From Amoebidium appalachense (taxonomy: Eukaryota > Protista > Ichthyosporea), in contig CAVNZM010000007.1 of assembly GCA_963693365.1 (NCBI GenBank), forward strand, positions 2,341,979 to 2,405,978: a DNA stretch of 64,000 nt, given 5' to 3'. A program made the position numbers and the translations under genes. Within the stretch, counting starts at the first letter, position 1. Each line of letters opens with the position of its first letter. Below are positions 1-38,572 of this stretch, in pieces. Under the pieces are notes generated by a model. That model saw only the letters and a program-made list of their open reading frames with translations. It was not told the origin of the DNA and did no database searches.

Positions 1-244
1 GCAACATGGGTCCTCGCCTAGTCAAGTGTGTCCGCAAACTCCGGATTGAATCCCTTGGCACAGACAGAAGTTTTGATTCACTGTGAAATAATTGGGAAAA
101 AAAAAAATTGAAACACCTTTTTGCATATGGGCCTCGAGCAGACTGCCAGTCTGCAGGGCTGTTAAGGCTCGGCTGACGAGCCGCCAGCCAAGCCGGCTTT
201 GTGTCCAGCCGAGCCGAGCCGGCATTTGGCTGTCGGCTCGGCTG

Positions 245-322
<78 letters not shown>

Positions 323-386
323 GGGGGGGGGGGGAGGGGGGTCAGGGAGAAAATACACGATTTCGGTCAAATTGCTAATCAGAACG

Positions 387-628
387 ACGTGACAGCTAAG
401 AGATCGAAGTAAAAGTGAAGTCCACAAAAAGAAGAACCGAAAGCCTTTATATACCTGCCACGGTGAAGAATAGGGAAAAAAAGTTCACGTGACAGCTAAG
501 AGATCCAAGTGAAAGTGAAGTCCCACAAAAAGAAGAAACGAAAGCCTTTATATACCTGCCATGGTGAAGAATCGGAAAAAAAGTTGACGTGACAGCCTGA
601 GAGATCGAAGTGAAAGTGAAGTCCAAAA
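387..628. repeat. Tandem repeat, 100-bp unit, about 2.4 copies
   Basis: ACGTGACAGC..GAGATC.AAGT.AAAGTGAAGTCC recurs at 387, 487 and 587 with few substitutions; it lies just upstream of the nuclease promoter. Confidence 0.9.
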
Positions 629-694
629 AAAATGGTTTGCACACATACGACCCGCCCCACAATAGGAAGTTTCGGGGGATCTCGTTGGTGCAGC

Positions 695-860
695 TTTATC
701 CAATCAAATGACATCTCTCTTTCCGCCAAATATTTTGTGCATCAATCAAATATGTGATGCATTTTTATTGGTTCTTTTCTTTGAGCATTTTTGAAAGCTA
801 TCACCTATTGGCTGTTTCAGCTGGTCCAACTCTGGCTCTCGCCTCAGATATAAACAGAGT
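695..860 (+). promoter_or_regulatory. Putative core promoter of the S1/P1 nuclease gene
   Basis: CCAAT (~700), ATTGG (~766, ~807) and ATATAAA (848-854) lie ~70 nt upstream of the ATG at 921. Motif-based inference only. Confidence 0.4.
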
Positions 861-920
861 GAGTCGCAAAAGTTTGCAAACTTTGCGCACACCAACAATT
901 CCAACCAAGCGTTTTCAAAC

Positions 921-2331
921 ATGAAGGTCGCATCCGCTGTTATAGCCGCTTTGTGCGCCCAGTCCCCAGCGCTTGCCTGGTGGGATGGTGGCCACGAGCT
1001 TTCAGCGCAGATAGCAAATGCCACCATGAGCACAACACAGTCCCAAAAAAACGTCGCATACCTTATCACACAACTCGACCCCGTACCCACCCTTTACAAG
1101 GCATGTAGCTGGCCCGACGAAATCAAAAAGAAAAATGTGCGCGCGTTTGACAACTTCCACTTCTACAACATGAAGCAGACAAACTGGGCCGGAAACAGCA
1201 TCGATTGCGTGCTTGAGACGCAGGTCAGCGCTCTTTCCACCATCAAAACAGTCTCGAGTAGCATTGCAAAACCCGAAACACCCACTTGGTACCGCACATT
1301 CGGCCTTCGCATGCTTGCACACGTGTTTACCGACCTTCACCAACCGTTCCACGCGGCCTCCCGCTGCCTTGAGGAGCCGCCGTTTTCTGACCAAGGTGGA
1401 AACATAGGTTACACCTACTTGGTAAACGGTGAGAAACGCACCTACAACCTGCACCTTATTTGGGATGGTGCAGCGCATTACGACGGAAAAACTCCGCTCG
1501 ACGTTGTTGCAGAGGCTGCGGAATTGATGAAACAGTACCCACTGGAAACGACGGATTTCAGCGTGGGTGAAGCGAAGGTGCCTGTCGACGTGAAGGGGTC
1601 TATTGCCGAGATAAAGGCCATCAACTTCACCGCAGATTTTAAAACCGTCGAAGACGCCATAGAAAAGGTGGTGATGAAAGTTATTAACGAGAGTTTTTAT
1701 ATGGCTAGTGAGATTAACAATTTTGCTTACAACGTTGATAAGCCTTGGCCTACACCCAATGCGACGCTGCCACCCGACTATCTGGTGTACTCAAAGACAA
1801 ATTCGGAGAAGCGCATGGCGGCCGGAGGCTACCGGCTGGCTGCTTTGCTCGACACTGCGCTTGCTTCAGGCGACTTTGGTAAGTGGTGTACAAATGCACG
1901 ATGTGTTAATGTTTGCATAAGTGCTACATGCACATTGTACGGTACTGCAAGTGTGATTATAAAAATCTACGATATAGGCACAAAAGTTCCCAACCATAAG
2001 ACGTACATACCAGCCTTTGAAACCGTTGCTCGAGGTGTCCGTCTGTGCACAGGAATCTACCTAGGTATACTATATCTCATGCCCCAGGAGCTCTACGAGT
2101 ACCCAACTTATCCCGTCCGCCTGGCTCCCTCCCTCTCCCTCCCCCCTCTCTCCTCCCTTCCTCTCCCCTTCCTCTTTCCCTCTCTCTCTCTCTCTATCCC
2201 CCCCCCCCTCCCCCCCCCCCCCCCCCCCCTCCCACCCTTTCTGTAATTTCTCACTCACTCTCTCTCTCTCCTCCACCTACCCTCTCAGACTCACTCTTTC
2301 CTCTTTCCCTCCTCTTTCCCTCTTCACCCGC

Positions 2332-2369
<38 letters not shown>

Positions 2370-2864
2370 ATCCTCTCCCCCCCCCCGCCTCCCCTCCCCC
2401 CGCCTCCCCCCTTGCACACACGCACACATGTACACACAGATACACTGCCATCCCTCACCTGGCACTGCCAATTATACACAAAACTTCTTTCGTGCCTGTA
2501 GTTATCTGATTATCCAAGCTACCTTCCCCAGTCACCACCACCACACACTGTAGATTTCGCACAACATATACACGCACGATTTGCAAAGAAGGCACTGGCT
2601 ACATACAAGTTTTATGATGCTACACACACATGTGCATGCTACATGAACCTACACGTCACACACACACACACACGCACACGCACACACACACACACACACA
2701 TACATGCACAAACACACATTCACACACACGCGCGCGTGCGCGCACGCACACACACACACACACACACACATCCACACCCACCCACCCACCCACACACACA
2801 CTTTCTCTCTCTCTCTCTCTCTTCCTCCCTTTCTCTCTCTCTCTCTCTCTCCACACTCTCTTTC

Positions 2865-2895
<31 letters not shown>

Positions 2896-2897
2896 CC

Positions 2898-2964
<67 letters not shown>

Positions 2965-3265
2965 CCTCCCTCCCCCCCTCACTCACTCACTCACTCACTC
3001 ACTCATTCATATTCACCCTCACATAACACAAATTTTTTGCTACCATAATCCTTACATATTTCTGACCGTTTATGTATTATACCTACCCACCCACACACAC
3101 ACAGAAAGCTATGCCAAAGACGATGTGACTGCAAGGCCCACGGACCCCGTCAACCCAACCCAAACACCTGCCGGAAAGCCCAGTGGTTCTTGCGCCAGGG
3201 TTCCCGATCGGACAATCTTTGTGTGCGTCTTTGCAATGTTGGCTGGACGGATATTTGCTTATTAG
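921..3265 (+). CDS. S1/P1-family zinc-dependent nuclease (3'-nucleotidase/nuclease-like), signal peptide, probable GPI anchor; exons 921-1878 and 3105-3265
   Basis: Signal peptide followed by mature N-terminal WWDGGH, then [33 protein letters not shown] and AGGYRLA, the canonical S1/P1 motifs. Donor G|gtaagt at 1879 (phase 1) matches acceptor cacacag|AA at 3104, giving ESYAKDD...P/T-rich stalk...SGS plus a hydrophobic tail ([17 protein letters not shown]). Confidence 0.9.
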
Positions 3266-3801
3266 CCTTTCCGAGTTAGGAATCAAAAGAAGCATGTATA
3301 GAATAGAATGCCCCCTCCCCCCCCCCTCCCCTCCCCCCCCCCCCCCCCCCCTCCCTCCCCCCACCTCCCTCCCCCCTCAGTCCCAACATTTGTATTTTGT
3401 GTGTGTGCAGGAAAAAGTTCCCGGACTGTATCATTCCACTTGCATTTTCACCTTGCTTTCAAAACTTATTCTGATCCCGGCCGGCCCACCTAAGGCTTTC
3501 TATATAATCTTTTTTTAAAAGGAGCTCTTCTTCACTCATGCACCTGCAACGACGGTGAACACCACCTTCCAGGCCGAATTTGATATCAGAAGGCTGTTTT
3601 TTTTGTTTTTTTTCCCCCTCCAGTCAATGGAAGGCTTGACGGTGACTGGATATTAATTAAAAGGGTAATGCCAAACAGGAGTAGCTATAGCCTAGCGGCC
3701 CTCAGTATAGATCATGAGGTAATGTGAAATACAGTTTGCCAAAAAGTCTAGAAGCTGTTTCCTCCTTTTTTTTTTTTTTTTTTTTTTTTTTTGGTGTGTG
3801 T

Positions 3802-3843
<42 letters not shown>

Positions 3844-3870
3844 CGCGCGCGCGTGCGCGTGCGCGCGCGT

Positions 3871-4035
3871 GTGTGGCGGTGGCGGCCCAGTGGTGCACAT
3901 GGCTTGCCGGATGCGGACTGTGTTGTGTGCTTGTGTGTGTGTGTGTGCTTGTGTGTGTGTGTGTGCGCGCGCGTGCGTGCGTGTGTGGCGGTGGCGGCAC
4001 GGTGGTGCACATGGCTTGCTGGATGCGCCGGACTG
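3871..4035. repeat. Local duplication of a ~55-bp GC-rich unit embedded in (GT)n
   Basis: GTGTGGCGGTGGCGGC..GTGGTGCACATGGCTTGC.GGATGCG occurs twice, ~112 bp apart. Confidence 0.8.
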
Positions 4036-4050
4036 TGTCTATGTTGTGTG

Positions 4051-4182
<132 letters not shown>

Positions 4183-4866
4183 ATGAGTGGGAAGAAATCC
4201 AAATGATTTGCATCTTCGAGAACTGAACAAGGCCAGTCATTGAAATAAGGCCCTGAATGATCCTTGTGCTTTACATATAATAATATTTCACAACAACAAC
4301 CCCCCCCCCCCCCCCCCCTTTCTTTGGAGTCGCCCACTTCCTCACCACAAACAAACAAGAAACCAAAAATTATCGTCAACATAGTATATCATGAATAACA
4401 ATATTCAACACACCACGAAGTTCTGCCTTATATCCCCTTTTCGCTACGGCAAAAAGACGAGAAACTCTTAGAACATGTGGAACAAGCGCACATTCGAAAA
4501 AGGATCACGAGACCGTCAATTATCATAGTGAATACACACGCACACACCATGAAACACCTACACAACCACACGCAAAAACTAAACACACAAGCACACATTG
4601 ACATACACACACACACACACGCGCACACACACACACATAAACGTGCGTGCACACACGCACACACGCACACACATGCACACACATGTCCACACACGCACAC
4701 GCACACACAAGTGCATACTGGCACTCAGGCTCACACGTCACACAAAAACAAAAAAACAAATACATGCACCACCATACACAAATTCACATCGTGGCATACA
4801 CACACACGTGCACAGTGTCACAGGCATATACACACACACACGCATGGAGACAGACACGCACACGCA

Positions 4867-5487
<621 letters not shown>

Positions 5488-5578
5488 AAAAGGCCAAACA
5501 TCTACACACACTGGCACACACAGCTAGGCACACACATTAGATTTTGGAGCACAGGAAAAACAAGGCACGCATATCCCC

Positions 5579-5616
<38 letters not shown>

Positions 5617-6311
5617 CCCCCCCCCCGGCCCCCCTCTTTTTTATTTTTATTTTTGGGAGGGGCGGGACGTCGGATGGAGGGGGGAAGGAGGGGAGGAGGT
5701 GAAGGGGGAATGGGGCCGGTTGTGGAGGTGGGGGAGGGAGGGGCAAAACAAAATAAACTTCGAAAAACAGCCGCCGCAGGTTCGCACAATCCGTGCTTGA
5801 TGGAAACTTATGAGCTGGCTCATGATGGGTCAGGGAACACCCGAGGTTTGGCCGGTTGATCTTGAAAGTGATTGGTCAACTTTCATTTTGGCGCGCATTC
5901 CTGAGTTTGTCTAATACTCGGTGCAAACTTGCTAAGTCAGCCACACTGGCACACTTTAGCTGGTTTCATATTTAGGCCGGGGGGTGGGAAAAAAAAACAA
6001 AAAACGAGAAATAACAAAACAAAATAAGGGGGTTCGCTTTTTTCTTGAGTATTTTACATACCTATTTTGTTGCTTTTGTTGCACGTGACACACTTACGCA
6101 CATACACACACACTGCACTCAAGCCTGTCAACAAAATCCCAACCTCCCTGCACCCCTTCCTTCTTCCTTCTTCTCGCTCCTCTTTTTTTTTACCCATCCC
6201 CAAACAAATACACGCTAATAGGGGTCAATTTCTGGCTGCCATTTTTTTTAAAATTTCGTAGCAGGTCAGGCATGCCATCGCCTAAGAATTGCGAAGAAAA
6301 CTGCTGTAAAC

Positions 6312-31011
<24,700 letters not shown>

Positions 31012-31903
31012 GGTGGGGGAGAGAGGGGGGGGGGGGGGGGGGGGGGGGGGGAGTTGAATGCGATGTGTGTTTGGTACGCCTCCCCCCCCCCCCCCCCCCC
31101 CCCCTCCCCCTCCTGTAACACGCACACACATACACAATGCACACACACACACACACATCTCTACCCCGTAACTCATTCATCTGTCTTTTTAATTCACTTC
31201 TTCCTCTTCTCTCCCTGTGCCTCCCTCCCCCCCCCCCCCCCCCTCCCCCCCAACAACCTTTTGCACCCCCTCCCCCCCCCCCCCCCCCCCCTCCCCTTTT
31301 TTTTTTTTCCTCAAGTGTGCTGCATAGGGGAGAGGGGAGGGGGGGGGGGGGGGGGGAGGGGGGGGGAGAATACAGTGAATGACAATGGGGTCTGAATTGG
31401 GTTCTAACAAACGAAGTACGGTTACCGTACTGAATGATTCATAAAAGATTTGAGTATGTTGTGAATGGCTGTAAGTACATGTGGGTTACCCACTCTTTGT
31501 GTATATTTTTTTAAGGTTAATGGTATATAATGGTACATCTATGTTCTGCCCCGGAAAATCATTTGTATGGTATTTATTGTGTTTAGCTTTTGCAAGGCAT
31601 CTTCATAAAGGCTGCGATTCATTTTTAGGTAAAAACGATGTTGAACTTCTAGCTGAGATGGTGTAGTACCATTGCAATTAATGAAGCTTATTCGAAGTGT
31701 TACAGTCTGTCAATATATTATTATGCATGTTATTAGGTACTTTACTCGGGGTTTTTCCAAAGCCTTGTATACCAGAAATCTGGACGGGTTTTCCATAAAA
31801 AAAGAAATAATAATTATAATAATACAACAACTCTTTCCCCACATAATAATGTGTACCTCTTACGCAGCTACCCGATTATGTCACATATCATATGCTTGAA
31901 TGG

Positions 31904-32105
31904 CAGGGAAGCATCAATCTTGATTTTGAAACTGGGAGGGGGGTAGTAGCTAGGGGGGGGGGGGGGGGGGGGGACCCACCCACCCCCTTTAATAGGTGGG
32001 TCCACCCCCCCGAGGGGGGGGGGGGGGGACCCACCACCCCTCCGGCTAGCAGGGGGGGGGGGGGGGGGGGGGGGGGGAGGGGGGGGACCCACCCACCCCA
32101 TAGGC
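31904..32105 (+). mobile_element. Partial copy of the MITE family at 37598-37910
   Basis: CAGGGAAGC...TTGATTTTGAAACTGGGAGGGGGGTAGTAG resembles that element's terminal inverted repeat; it is followed by repeated GGGACCCACC subterminal motifs. Confidence 0.6.
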
Positions 32106-32572
32106 TGCATTGCATTATATGGCTATACCAGATAACTGATCATATAATCGCTAAACCGTATTAACATTGAGGCGAACTAATAGAAGTCACTATTAATCAC
32201 CTGAAACTCAGGCTATGTCGTAAGGTCATACTAACCCCCCCTCCCCCCCCCGCCCGGTCCCCCCTGTCCCCCCCCCCCCCTTTCCCCTCCCCCGCCCCCT
32301 CTCGCACTCGTCTCCAGTCGCCCCGCCGCGCACACACACAGCACACACTTTTACGTATTCCATTCACACGTACCTGCACACGCATGTACCACAAACGGAC
32401 ACGAGGGCACAAACTTTGACCAGCGATGAGCACCCGACATGAACATGCAGATACTCTCACCGACGGCCACACCACACACACATACATTCCCGGCCACACA
32501 GATACACACACGAACGCTGCATATTGAGCCGGATAACTTTGCCCACAATACTGACTTAACAATAGTTGACCG

Positions 32573-32639
<67 letters not shown>

Positions 32640-32962
32640 GTGGGTGTGTGTGCGTGCGTGCCCATGTGCACATGCATTTACTTGTGTGGTAAACGAGCCG
32701 GGTAAGGGACGGGAGGGGGGGGGGGGGGGGGAGGGGGGAGGTGAGTGTTATTAGGGGCCGGGGGGGGGGGGGGGGAGGGGAGGGGGGGGAGGGGGGGGGG
32801 GAGGGTCGTTCAACCAAAATGTTATGGAGCATTTTTATAGTACACATTTGCCCTGGGCAACACAAAGTAGACTTTGCCAAGAACACACAATGAGTGTTTG
32901 TGTGTGCATGTCACGGTGTGTGTGGGTGGGTGGGTGGGTGGGTGGGTGTGTTCAGATTGGTG

Positions 32963-32970
32963 TGAGTGTG

Positions 32971-33012
<42 letters not shown>

Positions 33013-33392
33013 TGTGCCGTGTGCTCGTGTGGCGCTTGTGTGGTGCTTGTGTGTGTATGTGCACGTGGGGGGAGGAGGGAGGGGGGCCGGGGGGGGAGGG
33101 GGAGTACGGGGAAGAAGGAGGGGGGGGGGATGTGCATCAGTGTCCAAAACGGGAGCAATTCCTCCATAAAAAAAGGAAAAAGTATCGACTACATGTACAA
33201 AGTTTGTGGATAGAAAAGTGATTCTGACCATGATCACGCGCATGGGCGCGGGGGGGGAGGGGGGGGAGGGGGGGGGGGGGGGGGAGGGGGGGGGGGGGGG
33301 GGGGGACCCACCACCCCACCCACCCCTGCGGCTACCTTGGGGAGGGGGGGGGGGGTAGCACCAGGGCGGACGTCGATATTAACGTTCTACTC
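32963..33392 (-). mobile_element. Right copy of the long inverted repeat pair
   Basis: Reverse complement of 28243-28755, differing mainly in homopolymer and microsatellite lengths and a few substitutions. Confidence 0.75.
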
Positions 33393-33588
33393 CCCCCCCC
33401 CCCTCACCGGTGGGAGTGAAACGGGATAAATAAAAAAGGTACATCCCCCCATCCCCACCCCACCCCCACCCCACCACCACCACGGTGACCCACCGGGCCA
33501 CCGCGTGTCACCACAAGCCAACCCCACCCAACCAGCCAGCGGAGCCAGTGGCACCGGCATGCACAGACAGTGCCACCCACCCACGTGG

Positions 33589-33627
<39 letters not shown>

Positions 33628-33628
33628 C

Positions 33629-33663
<35 letters not shown>

Positions 33664-33683
33664 AGGCTTCTCTCTCTCTCAGA

Positions 33684-33850
<167 letters not shown>

Positions 33851-33975
33851 CCTCTCCCACTCTCTGAGACTCTCTTTCTCTAAGTTCCAGGCTTTCTCTC
33901 TCTCTCTCGATCATTATCATACCCTCCCTCCCTCCCTCCCTTCCCCCCCCCCCCCCCCCCTCTCTCTGCGTCAGT

Positions 33976-34015
<40 letters not shown>

Positions 34016-34076
34016 ACGTACACGCACATACACGCACACACATACACATGTGCACACACACACACACACACGCACG

Positions 34077-34114
<38 letters not shown>

Positions 34115-34974
34115 TACACATACACAGACTGTGGCGCACACACACACACACACATGTACACACACACACACACACGTGTACACACGCATGTACACACACA
34201 CACGCACACGCACACGCACACACGCACACACCTGTGTTGCCACATACATGCACACAAGCCACGCATGCACACACACACGCACACACATGTGCACACGCAC
34301 ACGCTCTGTAATATCATAGGGGAGACATCACGGGGATGGCCCCCGGCCAAAAAATTAAAATTCTTTCCAGCCCACCCACGCGTTTTCGAGTCGGCCAGTC
34401 GTCACATGTCACGAATACTGATGCCCATCGAAATGATTGGTCCATTCATTGCGGTTGCGTCGGTGCAGGGTTTGAACTCTGAATTGAATCATCGATTGGC
34501 GCATTCCTGTCTGTCGCCTGGCATCATGACGTCATTTTCTGACGGGTGTTTTCGACATATATGACTTATATATCTCCAGTTCGAGTGATACATGTCAGAG
34601 ATAATCGGTGATGGGGCTATATAGCTATATTCTTACATAAGTTATTGGGTTTAGGTAATTTCTGCCTACAACATGTTGGGCATCGGATCGATACACTCGG
34701 CCAATTTGATAGTAAACACCAGTGCTCTACAATACGCATGCCGCCCATCGGCTATTTTTTACCGTTAAACCTAATGAGATTTCTAGTGTCTTGTATAATT
34801 CTTAGATAGAGAAATGGCAAACAGTGATTGACAAGCAAAAATAATAACAGAATTCAGAATTACATAGCTCTTTTGCAAGATTTCTGCCCGTGTGCGAGAA
34901 AGATACAGTGTACAAGCTCATATTCCAGTCGCTGGATGCCGCAGCTGTGGTCACTTGGGGAGAGCATATTCCAC

Positions 34975-35060
34975 ACCCTGGTTCATAAATCGCATTAGCC
35001 AATAGTTCGTAGCCTTTTGTTTGTCGGCATTCCATCGTCATCTGCTCAGGGTATAAAAAG
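34975..35060 (+). promoter_or_regulatory. CCAAT + TATA promoter of lectin-FN3 paralogue 1
   Basis: CCCTGG..TAGCCAATAG.TCGT...GCATTCCA.CGTCATCT...TATAAAA (CCAAT 34999, TATA 35052). The same block and spacing occur upstream of paralogues 2 and 3. Confidence 0.75.
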
Positions 35061-35295
35061 CGAGATTCGAGCCCATATGTCATCGTTTTATAGTCATTTG
35101 CCATCAACGAATTGCACCATCACACAATTGCAAAGGCTCAACACACACTTGAGCCTACCGCAGTAGCATTACAGAGTTGTGTTTATTCCACTAGAGATTT
35201 GTGTTGTAAGAACGAAAGAGCACCGCCACTACTTTCTTTATCGGAGACGTGCCCCCAATTTCTGGCCTTTTTTAAGTCCTAATTAATCATACACA

Positions 35296-36249
35296 ATGTC
35301 TCTTTGGTCACTTCTCTTTGCAAGTGGGTTTATGGCCATCACCCATGCCCACCCCCTCAGAGTCATCACACCAAAAACATTTTCCGCCGAGGTTGTCACC
35401 ACACCCACCACCACCGGATACCTTATCAAGTCTGTCTCCACCGGTAAATGCATCGTCAGTGAGAGCGCTGACTACGATAGCTCCAACCCCAAACTGGGCG
35501 ACTGTGCATCCCAGGACGTGTACGTGGTGTACATGAACGCCACACAGCTGCAGACGAAGGTTGGCAGATGTTTTTCCCAACACAGTGTGTCACATATCGA
35601 TGGCGACCAAGACATTAGCTTTTTCGTACCGTGCAGTTATGAGGACTCTGAAACTTTTCCCTTGAAGAACCGTCAGTTTATTTTGCCCGCAGAGACGGGC
35701 GGTCCAATGCAAATACTCGAAGAAAACAGTTGCTTAGAAGCCATTCCCAATCCTGCAGAGTACAACCCAGACAACCTCTTCCTTCCCTGTGTATCGAGCA
35801 AACCAGAGCAGCAGTGGATGCTCGTTCCTTTCGACCCCTCGGCACTGTGCTATGTTCCCTCGAGGGTAGGCGATATCGACCAGGTTAGCGAAGACAACGA
35901 AGAAAAACAGCTCACTTCGTTTACGTTTGCATGGGTGAGCATTCCAGAGCACGTTGATACTAACGAGGAATACAACGTTACTCTCTGCTTTTCGTCTTTT
36001 CCGACCATTAACGGGGAAACCGTACACACATCACAGTGTGTGACGCGAACAAATTCGAGCTCTCTCACGTTTATTGTGTCTGTTCCTATGGAGACGGTTG
36101 ATTGCAGGTACCATTTTGATGTTACCTACGGGAATAAGTGCGGTGTGGGGAAAACCGAAGAGACACATTTCGGGTGTGTCGGAAGGAGATGCCCAATTGT
36201 TTGCGACACCAAGGGGTCCCAGCCGGCCGTAGATTTCCCTCAGGAATAA
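35296..36249 (+). CDS. Secreted ricin-B (beta-trefoil) lectin-like + fibronectin type III-like protein, paralogue 1, intronless
   Basis: 317 aa with a signal peptide. Three ricin-like subrepeats (IKSVSTGKCI, TKVGRCF...PC...NRQF, NSCLEA...PC...EQQW), then an FN3-like pattern (P..V, TSFTFAW, YNVT, YHFDVTYGNKCGVG). Two close paralogues in the window. Domain identity is by motif recognition. Confidence 0.85.
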   Translation: MSLWSLLFASGFMAITHAHPLRVITPKTFSAEVVTTPTTTGYLIKSVSTGKCIVSESADYDSSNPKLGDCASQDVYVVYMNATQLQTKVGRCFSQHSVSHIDGDQDISFFVPCSYEDSETFPLKNRQFILPAETGGPMQILEENSCLEAIPNPAEYNPDNLFLPCVSSKPEQQWMLVPFDPSALCYVPSRVGDIDQVSEDNEEKQLTSFTFAWVSIPEHVDTNEEYNVTLCFSSFPTINGETVHTSQCVTRTNSSSLTFIVSVPMETVDCRYHFDVTYGNKCGVGKTEETHFGCVGRRCPIVCDTKGSQPAVDFPQE

Positions 36250-36742
36250 TTTAAAGGATTTTTTTAACGATTTTTACCGTTGTTCGCCGCCTGATACTGA
36301 GACGGCTTGTGTTCCTTGATCTAGCCATTGTTTCAGGGTTTCGTAAAAAAGAGCCCCACTGTCAAAGAGATTCTTAGAATATACCCGTAATAACACATGT
36401 ATGTAGTCATATTGCGAAGCTCGTTCAGCCTAATACTATTAGGTTTGTTTGTATTAACCCTTGTATTAAAAGTGTACCGTATTGCCTGATGTATGAATAA
36501 CTTGCCAAAAAAAAATTGCTCTCAACTAATAAAGGTTGTAATCGAGATGATCTTCTTCCTTCCCCCCTTCTTCTGTTGTGCTCTTGAGCCAACATTATTT
36601 TGGTGAGTAACAGCACATTTTCCCCGTATACTTTGATAAATTTTGCATTGAATACTGGCCGACGGTACTGTAGGCGCAGGGGAACAACAAATTAGTTCTG
36701 AATCATACATAAACCCCAGCAGCGAAAAAGTATTCCCCCCCT

Positions 36743-36773
<31 letters not shown>

Positions 36774-37214
36774 ACCTCACCCTCCCCCCTCTCCCCCCTC
36801 CCCCGCCCCCACCTCCCCCGATCCCTGTTCCAAGAGGTTTTGTCAACTCTGCTGAAGAACGATGAATGGAGAGGAGGGGGGGGGGGGGGGGCGGGGATGT
36901 GGTGTGGGTGCGGGTGAGAGGCTGGGTGGCTGTTGAGGCGCTAAGAGTGGGGGGTGGGAGGGTTTGGGGGGAAGGGGGGGGGGGGGGGGGGGGTGGCACT
37001 GGTTTGGGCACTTGTTGAGTGCAGGAGTTGAAGAGCTAACTTTGCGTATTTGGTTGCTTTTTGTATTGTTGGCTAATGGGCTCATATCACCGGTGTTCAC
37101 CTTATGTGTTCGTGGTGTATGCATATGTGCACTGATTTACTCTGGCTACTGGGAATGGCTGCATGTTTGTATGACCTCTCCGTGAGGCATTTTTTTTTCC
37201 CTTTTTTTTTTTTT

Positions 37215-37277
<63 letters not shown>

Positions 37278-37426
37278 GGCAAAATGTTGCCTCTTTAGGG
37301 GAGCAGTGGTTGCATGGAGTGGTGGGTCCTGTAGCTGGAGAGGAGGGGGAAGAGGGGGGGGGGGGGGGGGGGGGGGTTCGGAAGAGCTCTCACTCGAAGT
37401 CTACATCATGCAGTGTCCCACCTTCG

Positions 37427-37467
<41 letters not shown>

Positions 37468-37597
37468 ATATCTTTGTTTTGTTCACTTTGTGTTCGCAAC
37501 AACAACGTATGGCTGTCACAAGTTCAACTTGTACTCAAACTGTTTGAATGAAATCAGTGTCTGGCTGGCGCTGACAGCTGAACGCAGCCTTAGGCCT

Positions 37598-37910
37598 AGG
37601 GAGCATTGATTTTGAACCCAGGGGGGGGGGGGCAGTAGCCGGCAAGTTTAAGGGGGGGGGTACCCGCCACCCCGCGAGAGGTCGGGTCCCCCCCCCCCCC
37701 CCCCCCCCCCCGGAACCCCACCACCCCGGTCAGGCTCTTATATAGTACTATAAGTACTATATAGTACTATATGTTCACATATGAGGGGTGGGGGGGGGGG
37801 GTACCCACCACCCGCGGTCCCCCCCTCCCCCCGGGGGGGGGTACCCACCACCCCCCTAACCCCCGAAACTTTCTACTACCCTCTCCCCGGTTTCAAAATC
37901 AACGCTCCCT
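37598..37910. mobile_element. MITE-like element with terminal inverted repeats
   Basis: AGGGAGCATTGATTTTGAA at the left end and TTCAAAATCAACGCTCCCT at the right end (1 mismatch in 19). Internal GTACCC(A/G)CCACCC motifs and a central TATAGTACTATA palindromic core. No clear target-site duplication seen. Confidence 0.75.
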
Positions 37911-38472
37911 TACATCTATTTGATAACATGAAAAATATAAGCAAACAGCATGCATGCATTAGCTGATCATGAGACTAGTGACTGTACTACCCACGTTTGT
38001 ATATACGTACATACAAATATGTAGCGGAATGAAACTTCGAATTTGCTCCGACCTCTTTTCTTTATCCAACGGCTACAGTAATAAGCATATTTATAGACGA
38101 TCCCTGATGACAAGATAGAGCCTATGCGTCGAACACTTTGTTCTAGCCCTAAACGGCGAGTACAACGTAATGATGTCATTGGCTAACGTCACAATCACAT
38201 ATCCGATTGCGAGCTATTATTAGAACGGCACGCAAGCAATCATTCCCCCCGCCCCCCCCCCCTCCCCCTCCCTCCCCCCCCCCCCCCCCCCCCCCCACCC
38301 CCCCCCCCCCCCCTCCACTCTCCCCCCTCCCCCTAGGCTCAAGGACCCCTCCTCCGCCCCACCACCACCCGCGGGTTTGAAAGGGGCACTCTGTGTGCAA
38401 CTAAGTTATTTTTCCTTCAAAGCTTCCTCGAGTGCTGCAACTTGCAGGTCCTGTGGATGGAACATTGCGCCA

Positions 38473-38517
<45 letters not shown>

Positions 38518-38572
38518 TGCCGAGGTTTCTTTTGAGGGGCTGGGACCATGGGGGGAATTCAAAGGTCCGCGC

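Noticed and set aside
1879-2246. C-terminal part of the 441-aa ORF at 921
   Set aside because: Read-through into intron 1 after a consensus gtaagt donor, ending in poly-C.
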